Below are positions 23,575 to 33,123 of a stretch of DNA of 64,000 bases, in pieces; positions within the stretch are counted from its first letter, which is position 1; every line of letters begins with the position of its first letter. Source of the DNA: an uncultured virus (IMG/VR IMGVR_UViG_3300008448_000053) (lineage: Duplodnaviria; Heunggongvirae; Uroviricota; Caudoviricetes); IMG/VR virus record IMGVR_UViG_3300008448_000053, positions 1 through 64,000 of that record; one strand, given 5' to 3'. Under the pieces are notes generated by a model. That model had not been told where the DNA came from and did not search any database. It saw nothing but the letters and a program-made list of their open reading frames with translations. The translations under genes were made by a program, and so were the position numbers.

Positions 23575-24522
23575 ATGATACAAGAAATAATAATAAAAAC
23601 ACAAAATTATGAGGGGGAAACAGGAGAAATAACTTTTTTCCCCGATACTGGCGGTACTTTTAATTTAGGATCACAAGTATTACCGTACACATATATTAGT
23701 AATTATGTGTTTGGTACGTATGTTATATATTTTTCTAGTATTGAAAAACAATGTACATTAGAAATACCCAATAATTTACCTGTACCAACATCAACACCAA
23801 CCCCCACCAGTACACCAACACCTACGGCAACACCGACACCTACTAGTACACCAACAATAACACCACCACCACCGGTTGTACCATCTGTTAATTGTCCATC
23901 ATCATTTGAATGTGGTCAAGTTGGGTTACTTCTTTCTAATACCGCATCTTTAGGTACAGGGAATGGGTTACCATGGTTAAATAATGCCGTTTTTATTGAG
24001 GGTAACGTATGTATACCATCAGGGGCCATATCTAATAATCAACAACTATTAATAAATTCATCATCTTTAGGTATACCAGTGAATTATTCAAATCCACTTG
24101 TTCTTTGTGGAGACCCAAGTAATCCTTGTGATGCTTTATTTTATCCATTGTGTTTATGTACGAATTATGTCACATCAACACAATCAATTGGTAGATGGGT
24201 AAGTAATAATAGAGTTTATGATCTTACTGGAAGTGCACAGATTATTTATAATTCACAACCATCAATACCCACTTTTGATTGTTCAAGTGAATGTAGATCT
24301 TTCAGGATATATAACGCAGGATCAACAAAAATTGTTACAATAACAGATTGTTGTGATGACACATCTCAAGATGTTGTTATACCATCAGGTACTTTTGGAT
24401 CACCATCAGAGACATTGGTATGTAGTAAAACTTGGCCAACAACATTATTCTCATTTTCTGATTTACAAATATATACAACAGGTATACCATGTAATATTAA
24501 TTACAGTGGAGGTACTTGTTAA
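23575..24522 (+). CDS. Putative virion protein, Cys-rich, with PT linker
   Basis: N-terminal NY.G...EITF.PDTGGTFNLGS.V.PY.Y...GTY..YFS module shared with 21206..23545. Confidence 0.55.
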   Translation: MIQEIIIKTQNYEGETGEITFFPDTGGTFNLGSQVLPYTYISNYVFGTYVIYFSSIEKQCTLEIPNNLPVPTSTPTPTSTPTPTATPTPTSTPTITPPPPVVPSVNCPSSFECGQVGLLLSNTASLGTGNGLPWLNNAVFIEGNVCIPSGAISNNQQLLINSSSLGIPVNYSNPLVLCGDPSNPCDALFYPLCLCTNYVTSTQSIGRWVSNNRVYDLTGSAQIIYNSQPSIPTFDCSSECRSFRIYNAGSTKIVTITDCCDDTSQDVVIPSGTFGSPSETLVCSKTWPTTLFSFSDLQIYTTGIPCNINYSGGTC

Positions 24523-24540
24523 TAAAATAAAAAATATGAT

Positions 24541-25503
24541 ATGTTTAAAACAACAATAAATTTAGTACCAACAGGACAAGCGTTCGATATATACTCCGGA
24601 TTAACATCAAGTACAACGGTTAATTTGATTGCAACCAATGTTACAAATTCATTTGAACATACTTTTGAAATAACAGATTTAGTACTCGGATCGAATACTT
24701 TACAACATTATTTTCTAAAACTTTCGTGTGAAGAATGTGGAAATATATTAATTAAAGTTAAGGCACATGACATTGAATATTGCCAACCAATAAATCCATT
24801 TGATTTTATTTTTGATTTGACATTAAAATCAATAATCGAATTAGATGAAAATCCATCACTAGAACCAAGTTTAACAAATCCGATAGATTGGCTTACCGAT
24901 GTATTTTTAAGTAATGGTTTGGGTCAATCACAATCATGTCTAATTTGTCCACCATGTAATGATTTTTATTATATAGGTAACACTTACACGTACCTATCAA
25001 TGTTTGAGACTGCTTCAGTTCCAAATGATAAAACGTATATAAATGCCTTAACAGGTTGTTGTATAAACTACGCTATGTCGGCACAAACATATTTATTGGA
25101 TTACATTCCCACTGTCGGGATATCAAATGCAATTCCACCTGATGAAGAAATAGATGGTGTGGTATACAAATATTCTTCATGTAACAATGGATTTAAAGAA
25201 AAAATTCAATTGTTAAAAACTCTAGATCCAACTAAATTTAGTAGTTTAATTGAGATTGGAATTTTTGAAGTGGGTACAATCGGAAATTCAACCGGATTAG
25301 ATAACTTAATAAATTTTTATACCGGTAACACCATAAATAATTATGACGGAATTAATACGATTGGAGATACAATCCAAGATTGGATGAGTAGTGGTATTTT
25401 CTTTTTATGTCATGGTCGTGATTATAGAATGGGTGATCATGGAGGATTTAATAAAACAATTGAAGACTTAACAACACCACCACCCAGCCCTATTATACCT
25501 TAA
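24541..25503 (+). CDS. Hypothetical Cys-rich protein
   Basis: 320-aa ORF in the structural region. Confidence 0.55.
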   Translation: MFKTTINLVPTGQAFDIYSGLTSSTTVNLIATNVTNSFEHTFEITDLVLGSNTLQHYFLKLSCEECGNILIKVKAHDIEYCQPINPFDFIFDLTLKSIIELDENPSLEPSLTNPIDWLTDVFLSNGLGQSQSCLICPPCNDFYYIGNTYTYLSMFETASVPNDKTYINALTGCCINYAMSAQTYLLDYIPTVGISNAIPPDEEIDGVVYKYSSCNNGFKEKIQLLKTLDPTKFSSLIEIGIFEVGTIGNSTGLDNLINFYTGNTINNYDGINTIGDTIQDWMSSGIFFLCHGRDYRMGDHGGFNKTIEDLTTPPPSPIIP

Positions 25504-25515
25504 AAATAATTATAT

Positions 25516-26181
25516 ATGAGTAATAGAAAATATAATATTCTTGAATTTTTGATAAATTATTGTGAAGATAATTCACCATCACCTACCGATGATGATGTTT
25601 TAAGTACTTGGGATGAATTATTAGATGAAGGATTTTCTACATCAGCATATACTCAAACTATATGTTGTGATGAATGTGATCTATCGGGTACCACAGTATT
25701 TGCGTCGATTGAAACTTTTTTGAAATATGCGGAAGCGGTTAGTTTAACATATGATGGTACATGTCCAGTAAGTGGTTTAACTTGTTGTATTAGTGCTTAT
25801 GGTAATATTAATTCTTATGACATACTTTTAAATTCTTTAGGTGCAACGGGAGATCCACCATTTCAGAATTGTATAAATATAGTAAATGATTGCCCATATT
25901 TAGATTTTAATACAGTATTAAATAGAATTATTTCTGAATTTGGATATAATACCACTAAAGTGATTTTAGATAAAGGTGTAGTATTATTAGGTAATATTTC
26001 TATAAAATGTTTACTTGATTATCTGGATACCAAAAGTGAAAATTTTAGAGGATTATTTTTATTAAAATTACTTGATAAAGGAATGATATATGATTGTCAA
26101 AATGAAAAATTTGCAGGAGTTGAAACTTGGTTAAAATATGCCGAAGCAGTAGGATTAACATCAAGTGCTGCGGTTCCATAA
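25516..26181 (+). CDS. Hypothetical Cys-rich protein with an internal repeat
   Basis: FASIETFLKYAEAVSLT and FAGVETWLKYAEAVGLT. Confidence 0.55.
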   Translation: MSNRKYNILEFLINYCEDNSPSPTDDDVLSTWDELLDEGFSTSAYTQTICCDECDLSGTTVFASIETFLKYAEAVSLTYDGTCPVSGLTCCISAYGNINSYDILLNSLGATGDPPFQNCINIVNDCPYLDFNTVLNRIISEFGYNTTKVILDKGVVLLGNISIKCLLDYLDTKSENFRGLFLLKLLDKGMIYDCQNEKFAGVETWLKYAEAVGLTSSAAVP

Positions 26182-26221
26182 ACTTTATTATTAAAAATAA
26201 ACAATTTATATTTATTATATC

Positions 26222-28309
26222 ATGGGTTTAAATGTTAGGTTATATAATTTACAAATACCACATAACTTTATTGTAGAATATAGTGGAGGGTCATCAAGTT
26301 CATATGTGTTTTTTGGGGCATTTCCAAGCCTAACATCATCTGTTGTTATAACAAATTTGGAATTTGATACGAGGTACTTTATAAAAGTAACGGATATTGT
26401 TGATGGTACATCAACAATAACTACAATATATACTAATGATAGTAAGGTTTATGAATGTTATGATACTGTAGATTTTTATCTTGATGTTAGTACCACAGGT
26501 AGTTGTACTAATAGTAGTGTTACAATATATGATTTGGTTTCAGGTGCAACAAATTTTGGTAATCATTCATCTGTCGTTAACGGTGTACCAAATAGTTATC
26601 GTATATATACAGGTTTCACATATGAAATTTCGGCTTCAACATTTGTAACAACGGCAACAACAAATCCATCTACTGGGTTTATTTATGAATTTAAAAATTT
26701 TAGTCCAACACACAAACCTGTTTATATTTTTCTTGAACATGGGGACGGTAGTATAAAAAATAATACATTAACTGATCCAAAAAAACAAGGTGGATTTCAA
26801 GTAAGGGTTGTTTTTATTGGATGCCCCGTATGCTTTAATCATTTATGTTATAGTTCAGATACAGAATATAATACAACACTATATTATCCAATGGGTGTTT
26901 ACAATGAAAGACCATATTATCAAATATGTTGTGATGATTATTATGTATTTTGGAATGAATCTAATAATAGATGGGAAGTAAGAGATGATATTGGTAATGG
27001 TACATTACATTCTATTTTATCATATGATGTTGATTATCCTGTAAGTAATCCACCAACGTATATGTGGTCTGCAATCACATCCAATGTTGGTGATATTTTT
27101 TCAAGTAGATTTGAGGAATGTCCACCATCATGTGATATTCAAGTAACAGGAACAACATTACCTTGTGATTTTACTTATGAATTGACCATACCAGAAATAG
27201 ATGAAAATACGGAAATAAATATTTATTTTGATTCATCCGGATCGATGAATTCAACATTATCTCCATTAATCAATATGAACAGTGGAATATTAAAACCATG
27301 TTTATTACCTTATTTTAATAATGATTCTGTCTTATATGATCAAAGAGTTAGTATCACATCAATTAGTGACGAACGAATATTCCAATGGATGAATAATACA
27401 GGTAGTTCACCATCAATAACCACTGTTATTAATTTAGTTTTTTCGGATGAAAATAGTCCATACGGTGCAGAATGGGGTGTCTCATCATGGGAAACCGCCA
27501 GAACACCTCAGTATGATACAGATATGGTTGCTTTAACCAGTACATTAAATCAATTACCATTTGGGAGATATTTTGCAACCATATTTAGGGTTATTGGAAG
27601 TACCGAGTATGGTTCATTTATTCAGGCTGTTAGTGGTGATACATCCTTATCAACACTATATACTGGATCAACATATGGTTTATCTGGAAGAAATAACATT
27701 AATTATGAATTAAATACTTTGGCGGCGTCAACACCATCATATTATGCAGATCTGATAATTAACTCACTAAATAACTTAGGATTTAATTTGTCACTTTGCA
27801 GTTCACTACCCATCGTAACACCAACACCAACTAGTACACCAACTCCTACTAGTACACCAACACCTACATCGACTAGCACTCCAACTCCTACTAGTACACC
27901 TACACCAACTAGTACACCAACACCAACTAGTACACCAACACCAACCGGAATAACCGCTGAAATTGTTGCATTTGGTGAAAGTGATGGTTCTGGATTTATT
28001 AATGGAACAGTCAATGTGATTGCGGGGACGACTTTAGATTTATTAGATTTCGATTTTGTCATTAGAAGATTTAGTGATCCGACGTGTACAACATTTGTAA
28101 GTGGAAACGCGACCTTACCTAGTTTATTATTACCTGCCGGAAACACATCGGCGACTGATAGTACAGGTGTTAGTGAAATCGGTGTTGCTAGTTTAAGAGT
28201 AATTAATTTGGCTGTAAATGGAATTGGATTAACAACAAATCCACAAATAATTACTATTGGTACGAATAATTACAAAATTTATGGATTAAACCAATGTACG
28301 GGAATGTAA
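26222..28309 (+). CDS. Putative virion protein with a Trp-motif repeat, VWA-like domain and PT linker
   Basis: INIYFDSSGSMN (DxSxS MIDAS) at ~27230; YVFWNESNNRWE repeat; PT tract. Confidence 0.55.
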   Translation: MGLNVRLYNLQIPHNFIVEYSGGSSSSYVFFGAFPSLTSSVVITNLEFDTRYFIKVTDIVDGTSTITTIYTNDSKVYECYDTVDFYLDVSTTGSCTNSSVTIYDLVSGATNFGNHSSVVNGVPNSYRIYTGFTYEISASTFVTTATTNPSTGFIYEFKNFSPTHKPVYIFLEHGDGSIKNNTLTDPKKQGGFQVRVVFIGCPVCFNHLCYSSDTEYNTTLYYPMGVYNERPYYQICCDDYYVFWNESNNRWEVRDDIGNGTLHSILSYDVDYPVSNPPTYMWSAITSNVGDIFSSRFEECPPSCDIQVTGTTLPCDFTYELTIPEIDENTEINIYFDSSGSMNSTLSPLINMNSGILKPCLLPYFNNDSVLYDQRVSITSISDERIFQWMNNTGSSPSITTVINLVFSDENSPYGAEWGVSSWETARTPQYDTDMVALTSTLNQLPFGRYFATIFRVIGSTEYGSFIQAVSGDTSLSTLYTGSTYGLSGRNNINYELNTLAASTPSYYADLIINSLNNLGFNLSLCSSLPIVTPTPTSTPTPTSTPTPTSTSTPTPTSTPTPTSTPTPTSTPTPTGITAEIVAFGESDGSGFINGTVNVIAGTTLDLLDFDFVIRRFSDPTCTTFVSGNATLPSLLLPAGNTSATDSTGVSEIGVASLRVINLAVNGIGLTTNPQIITIGTNNYKIYGLNQCTGM

Positions 28310-28336
28310 AATAAAAATAAATGTATTTATTAATGT

Positions 28337-30442
28337 ATGAGCTTTTTAACAGAAAATAACTCTGAGTTTTTATCGGCCAGAGTAACAAAAAAAGGTAGAA
28401 ATTCAATCGCTAAGGGAAATTTTGTAATTTCATATTTCCAAATTGGTGATTCCGAATATGATTATAGTGCACCATTTACAAATTTAGATGGTACTTTTAA
28501 AAAACCATTTCAAAAAGTTTTTGCCCCACACGATAAAGAAACAGTTGTTAAATATCCATACAAAATAGACACAACAGTAACAACAACAACCTATGGGGTC
28601 CCTGTTCAAAATTCATATACTGACATTTTAAGAAATCCGATGGGTCCCGCGGGATTTGTTTCACAATATATTGAATATGATGATATTGATTGTATAGGAA
28701 CAAAGGTAATGTGTGTGACGGATAGAATCGATATATCCACAATTAATGGTTCTTCTTCTATTGATGTTTTATCTGGAGATACATTTCAAACTTGTGAATA
28801 TATTACGTTGGTATTCGATCAGTTTGGTGGGACCGATCCAAATGTTCCAATAATAACCGGACAATCAAATAGTTTAATTTATAAAGTTTTAAGTATTAGT
28901 GGAAATACAATATATCTTGATAGACCCACACCAGACTTATCAACTTTAACAGGTTTTGCACAAGTTGTTTGTAATAAATGTCAAATAGAATTTCCACCAT
29001 CAACTAGTGTTGCACCGATATGTTTACCACAACCAATTGATCCAATGGATCAACACGATCCGTGGACATTAAATGTTGTGTGGAATGAGAATCCTATAGG
29101 TTATAGTGGTTTAACAAACATAAACTTAACAGGTTTCACAAGTAATCAACACATATCAACAAAACAATTTTTAGGATACACAACATCATCCGGACAAACC
29201 ATTAATAATACCACATCGTACAAAAATTCTTTTGGTGAATCAATAACCGTGACACCTGAAGAACAAAGGGTATTGGCGGTTATACATTATTCAGAGTTAG
29301 GTGATATAAGATTTGATCCTGAAAGATTCTTTAAATATGATGATTATTTAAGTACCAATAACAATGTTAATGATTCAATATTAGAAGATGAAAATGGTTT
29401 ACCATTAACTGATTTAGAATACTTCCAAGTATTTATACCATTTATTTGTTACCATAGAAATACAAGTAATGTTGTTGGAGCGTTATTTAATATGGATACA
29501 GTTGATTATGAAATCACGACACCATCACCAATCTTAAATGGTAATTCAAATATACCATATAGATACTTACTTGATGAACAAAATAATAGAGTTGGTAAAG
29601 TTTTTTACACTAAAAAAACAATAATTTTTGATGACCAAGAATTAGTTGCTTTATTAGATTACAGAAGCAATAGAAGATATACTTTAGATGCACCAAAATT
29701 ATATTTGGTACCAAGTGACACCACAGCACCAAATTCAGTTTTAACAGGATCAACAGATCAAACAATATGGGTGACATATACTTTTACCAATTCAGATAAA
29801 GGTTTAAATGGTTTACCTTGTAATTATTATTCAAAAATACAGGGCACAACAATACCAACAAGTTTAGTTGTTAAATTCGATACCACCGCATTTAGTTATA
29901 TGAAAACAACTCTTCCAAATGTTGTTGATGGATTCGTTGGTACTGAGTTTAAAATTTTAGTACAAATAACAAAAACAGGTCAAAGACCCGTACCTGATGA
30001 TTGGATTGAAATTGATTTTACAACAGAAGCGGGAGGTAACGGAGTTAATTTTCTTGACCCCGTAAATTTAAGAGACATTTCATTTATTGTTAATTTTTCA
30101 AAATATAACAGCGGAACACAATATGTGATAGACAATTATTTTGGTAATGGTTACATTGTACATGAACCATCAACGCAACCAAAGTTTGGTGATGAACAAC
30201 CGTTTCCTGGAAGTATAAAAGTTGTTAGATCAAGTGACATTGAGGTTATGAATTTTTTGGTTAACTTACCAAGTACACAATTTACCGAAACACAGAACCC
30301 AACATATGTTGCTGGTGAAGATAAAAAGATAACTGAGATTGCTCTTTTAGATAGTAATAAAGAAGCCTTGGTTGTTGCTAAATCAGCGAAACCAATTGTT
30401 AGAAGAGGAACACAAGTTTTTGCAATCAAAATAGACTTCTAA
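28337..30442 (+). CDS. Tail collar/fibre-attachment-like structural protein
   Basis: N-terminal ARVTKKGRNSIAKG...IGDSEYDY and C-terminal ITEIALLD...VVAK..KPI...KIDF resemble tail-collar (DUF3751/gpH N-terminal) motifs. Confidence 0.5.
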   Translation: MSFLTENNSEFLSARVTKKGRNSIAKGNFVISYFQIGDSEYDYSAPFTNLDGTFKKPFQKVFAPHDKETVVKYPYKIDTTVTTTTYGVPVQNSYTDILRNPMGPAGFVSQYIEYDDIDCIGTKVMCVTDRIDISTINGSSSIDVLSGDTFQTCEYITLVFDQFGGTDPNVPIITGQSNSLIYKVLSISGNTIYLDRPTPDLSTLTGFAQVVCNKCQIEFPPSTSVAPICLPQPIDPMDQHDPWTLNVVWNENPIGYSGLTNINLTGFTSNQHISTKQFLGYTTSSGQTINNTTSYKNSFGESITVTPEEQRVLAVIHYSELGDIRFDPERFFKYDDYLSTNNNVNDSILEDENGLPLTDLEYFQVFIPFICYHRNTSNVVGALFNMDTVDYEITTPSPILNGNSNIPYRYLLDEQNNRVGKVFYTKKTIIFDDQELVALLDYRSNRRYTLDAPKLYLVPSDTTAPNSVLTGSTDQTIWVTYTFTNSDKGLNGLPCNYYSKIQGTTIPTSLVVKFDTTAFSYMKTTLPNVVDGFVGTEFKILVQITKTGQRPVPDDWIEIDFTTEAGGNGVNFLDPVNLRDISFIVNFSKYNSGTQYVIDNYFGNGYIVHEPSTQPKFGDEQPFPGSIKVVRSSDIEVMNFLVNLPSTQFTETQNPTYVAGEDKKITEIALLDSNKEALVVAKSAKPIVRRGTQVFAIKIDF

Positions 30443-30480
30443 ACTTTACATTTTTAAAAATATCACGTATATATTCTTTT

Positions 30481-31086
30481 ATGAGTATAAAATTAAAGAA
30501 TAGTCCAAAGATATTAGGTTTGGATATATCAACAAAGACAATTGGATTTGCGTTATTTGATTTAACTGGTTCTAAATTATTGGAATTAACACACTTTTCT
30601 CCAAAAATAAAACCTCAACCTGAAGACAAACTTGAGGAATTATTGAAGAAGGCGGATGCCTTCAAAAAACATATCGAGAATTATAAAGATATGGGTATCC
30701 TTCGTGTAATCATCGAAGAACCATTGTTAAATTCAAATAACATTTATACCGTTCAGACTTTATTGAGGTATAATACAATGATTTGTAAAATAGTTTATGA
30801 TACTTTGGGAATTGTGCCCACCTTTATATCAACATATAATGCAAGAAAATTTGCATTTCCTGATTTAGTTAATAAAAATGACAAAGGTAAAAATGTTTTG
30901 TTTGGTGGTTATCCAAAAGACATTGATAAAAAACAAGTAATTTGGGAACATGTAAATGCGGTTTGTGCAGATGTTAAGTGGTTATATGATAAAAATAACA
31001 AATTAAAGAAAGAAAACTTTGATATGAGTGATGCCGCAACTGCTGTTATTGGTTATGTTAACATGATTAAATTAGAAAAAAATTAG
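30481..31086 (+). CDS. RuvC-like Holliday junction resolvase
   Basis: ILGLDISTKTIG, IIEEP and DMSDAA acidic catalytic motifs. Confidence 0.75.
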   Translation: MSIKLKNSPKILGLDISTKTIGFALFDLTGSKLLELTHFSPKIKPQPEDKLEELLKKADAFKKHIENYKDMGILRVIIEEPLLNSNNIYTVQTLLRYNTMICKIVYDTLGIVPTFISTYNARKFAFPDLVNKNDKGKNVLFGGYPKDIDKKQVIWEHVNAVCADVKWLYDKNNKLKKENFDMSDAATAVIGYVNMIKLEKN

Positions 31087-31087
31087 T

Positions 31088-31171
31088 ATGGGTGAATTAG
31101 ATTATAGTTCAGATAATCCAACTGAATTAACAATGAAAATAGGTGTTAATAGAGCAATATTAAATTTTTAA
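31088..31171 (+). CDS. 27-aa small ORF resembling a tail-tube protein C-terminus (possible remnant)
   Basis: MGELDYSSDNPTELTMKIGVNRAILNF*; ATG lies 1 nt after the RuvC stop. Confidence 0.35.
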   Translation: MGELDYSSDNPTELTMKIGVNRAILNF

Positions 31172-31227
31172 AAAAATCCGGCAACTTAAATTTTACATTT
31201 TATAATTATTCAACTATATTTATATAG

Positions 31228-31295
31228 ACGGGGCATGTAGAAATACATGTTGGTTGGTATCCCTCGGAGTTGGTGTCTCCGGGGGATTTTTTTTT
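31228..31295 (+). ncRNA. Candidate small RNA: GAAA-tetraloop hairpin plus intrinsic terminator
   Basis: GGCATGTA-GAAA-TACATGTT (31232-31251), then ATCCCTCGGAG/CTCCGGGGGAT (31259-31287) and a T run. A promoter-like TATATTTAT lies immediately upstream. Confidence 0.45.
31259..31295 (+). terminator. Rho-independent terminator
   Basis: 11-bp GC-rich stem (one G-U pair) followed by a long T run. Confidence 0.8.
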
Positions 31296-31322
31296 ATCAC
31301 TTTTTTTTCTTATCATTTGACA

Positions 31323-32264
31323 ATGACCGAACAAGAAGTACAATACGAACCGATAATAGAGATATTAGAAGATATTCTTGGTGAATGTAGATCACACAAT
31401 GATTACAGATACCAAATGTCCTTTGACTGTCCTGTTTGTTCATACGATGTTAAAGGTTTGGATTCTGGTGACGGTAAAGGTAACTTAGAGGTTAATTACA
31501 AATATTCAGTTTATAAATGTTGGGTTTGTTGTGAAACCCATGAAACACACGGATCAATATATAAACTTATTAAAAAATTCGGAACACCAAAACAATTGAA
31601 AAAATATCAATTGTTAAAACCAGAAGAAGTTGAGGATTTTAAAAATAGAACATATAAAAAAGTAAGATTACCAAAAGAATTCGTACCATTTAAAAATATT
31701 TCATCTGGTTTAAAATTAACTCATCACTATAAACAAGCAATGGGTTATCTTAAAAAAAGAAACATAACAGATGAAATGATTGAAAAGTATAACATTGGAT
31801 TTTGTTATACTGGTCATTATGAAAACAGAATATTGATACCATCATATGATGAGGAACAAAATCTAAATTATTTTATTGCTCGTTCGTATTTGTCAAAAAC
31901 AAAATTGAAATATAAAAATCCCGATGTTCCAAAAGAAACGATAGTTTGGAATGAACATTTAATAAAATGGGATGAACCGATTTATATTGTTGAAGGAGTT
32001 TTTGATAGTATATTTATCCCAAATTCAATTCCGTTATTGGGTAAATTTATGAGTGAAAAAATATTTAATTTATTATATGAAAAGGCAAAAAAAATAATTT
32101 TAGTACTTGACCCCGATGCTTGGTTAGATACAGAAAAACTTTATCACAGAATAAATTGTGGTAAATTATTTAGTAAAGTATTTGTTATAAAATTAGAAGG
32201 CGACAAAGACATTGCCGACTTACAAGGAAAATTAGACGATTATAAAATACATCAATTAGATTAA
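31323..32264 (+). CDS. DNA primase (DnaG-type, Zn finger plus TOPRIM)
   Basis: CPVC...CWVC zinc ribbon, KYKNP, IVEGVFD and LDPDA. ATG at 31323, because the longer ORF runs through the terminator. Confidence 0.85.
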   Translation: MTEQEVQYEPIIEILEDILGECRSHNDYRYQMSFDCPVCSYDVKGLDSGDGKGNLEVNYKYSVYKCWVCCETHETHGSIYKLIKKFGTPKQLKKYQLLKPEEVEDFKNRTYKKVRLPKEFVPFKNISSGLKLTHHYKQAMGYLKKRNITDEMIEKYNIGFCYTGHYENRILIPSYDEEQNLNYFIARSYLSKTKLKYKNPDVPKETIVWNEHLIKWDEPIYIVEGVFDSIFIPNSIPLLGKFMSEKIFNLLYEKAKKIILVLDPDAWLDTEKLYHRINCGKLFSKVFVIKLEGDKDIADLQGKLDDYKIHQLD

Positions 32265-32265
32265 A

Positions 32266-33123
32266 ATGGATTTAAAACAAATTTCTGACGAAATAAAAGA
32301 AGTTATTTCAAAAAGACAAAAAGAACTACAATTAACATTTGTGGAGGATAAACACATTTATTATATGGTGGATACTGACGGTAAAATAAAAAGTAATTTT
32401 CCATCTGTATCTAAATTAATTAAAAAATTCTACAAACCATTTGATGCCGAAGGAACCGCTTTAAGAATGTGTAATGGTGATCCGATTGAAGCGAAAAAAT
32501 TACAGGAACAATGGAGAGAGGCGGGTAATACTTCCACTAATATGGGTAGTAGAGTTCATTATATTTTAGAAAGTGAACTTGTTGAAAGATACGGTAACTA
32601 TAAAGAAGTTAGACAACCAATATTTGAATGTGATGAAAACCAAATTCAAAAAGGGGATAGTATGATTTCGGCAGGTAAGAATTTTTTAGATTTAATGAAC
32701 GAAAGAGGTGCGATACTATTAGATACTGAAATGGTTTTAGGTGACAATGAATTAGGTTACACAGGACAACCAGATAAATTTTGGTTAATGTTAAATAAAG
32801 ATAAAACAGATTATGGGTTGGTAGTTACCGATTGGAAAACAAATCAACCTAAAAATTTTGAAGTACAACATTATACGGGTAAATTATATTCACCGTTTCA
32901 AGACTATCACGATACGGCGTTAGGTCATTATTATTTACAATTACCATTATATGCCAGACTTTTCCTTAAAATGTTAAAAGGAACTAAGTATGAAAATTTA
33001 AGATTACTTGGTTGTGTTGTTGTTTTATTAAAAGATGATGGTACGTTTGTTGAATATAAAGTACCACAAGATGTAAATAAAAAAGTATTTGATTTGGATT
33101 TAACAAAATATATTAAAAGATGA
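32266..33123 (+). CDS. PD-(D/E)XK exonuclease (RecB/Cas4-like superfamily)
   Basis: SVS, GSRVH, GQPD, DWKT and YYLQLPLY motifs. Confidence 0.75.
   Translation: MDLKQISDEIKEVISKRQKELQLTFVEDKHIYYMVDTDGKIKSNFPSVSKLIKKFYKPFDAEGTALRMCNGDPIEAKKLQEQWREAGNTSTNMGSRVHYILESELVERYGNYKEVRQPIFECDENQIQKGDSMISAGKNFLDLMNERGAILLDTEMVLGDNELGYTGQPDKFWLMLNKDKTDYGLVVTDWKTNQPKNFEVQHYTGKLYSPFQDYHDTALGHYYLQLPLYARLFLKMLKGTKYENLRLLGCVVVLLKDDGTFVEYKVPQDVNKKVFDLDLTKYIKR

Noticed and set aside
20488..27946. CRISPR-like or DGR-like interpretation of the repeats
   Set aside because: The units are in-frame coding tandem repeats without unique spacers. I saw no reverse transcriptase and no adenine-specific template/variable pair.
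31076..31100. Frameshift at the A7 run ending the RuvC-like gene
   Set aside because: The -1 frame stops within a few codons, and the downstream mini-ORF is in the +1 frame with its own ATG.
31254..31322. N-terminal extension of primase from TTG 31254
   Set aside because: It overlaps the terminator hairpin and T tract; ATG 31323 is more plausible.
32266..33123. Cas4 as part of a CRISPR-Cas system
   Set aside because: No Fe-S cysteine cluster pattern, no other cas genes and no array; the replication context fits a generic phage exonuclease.
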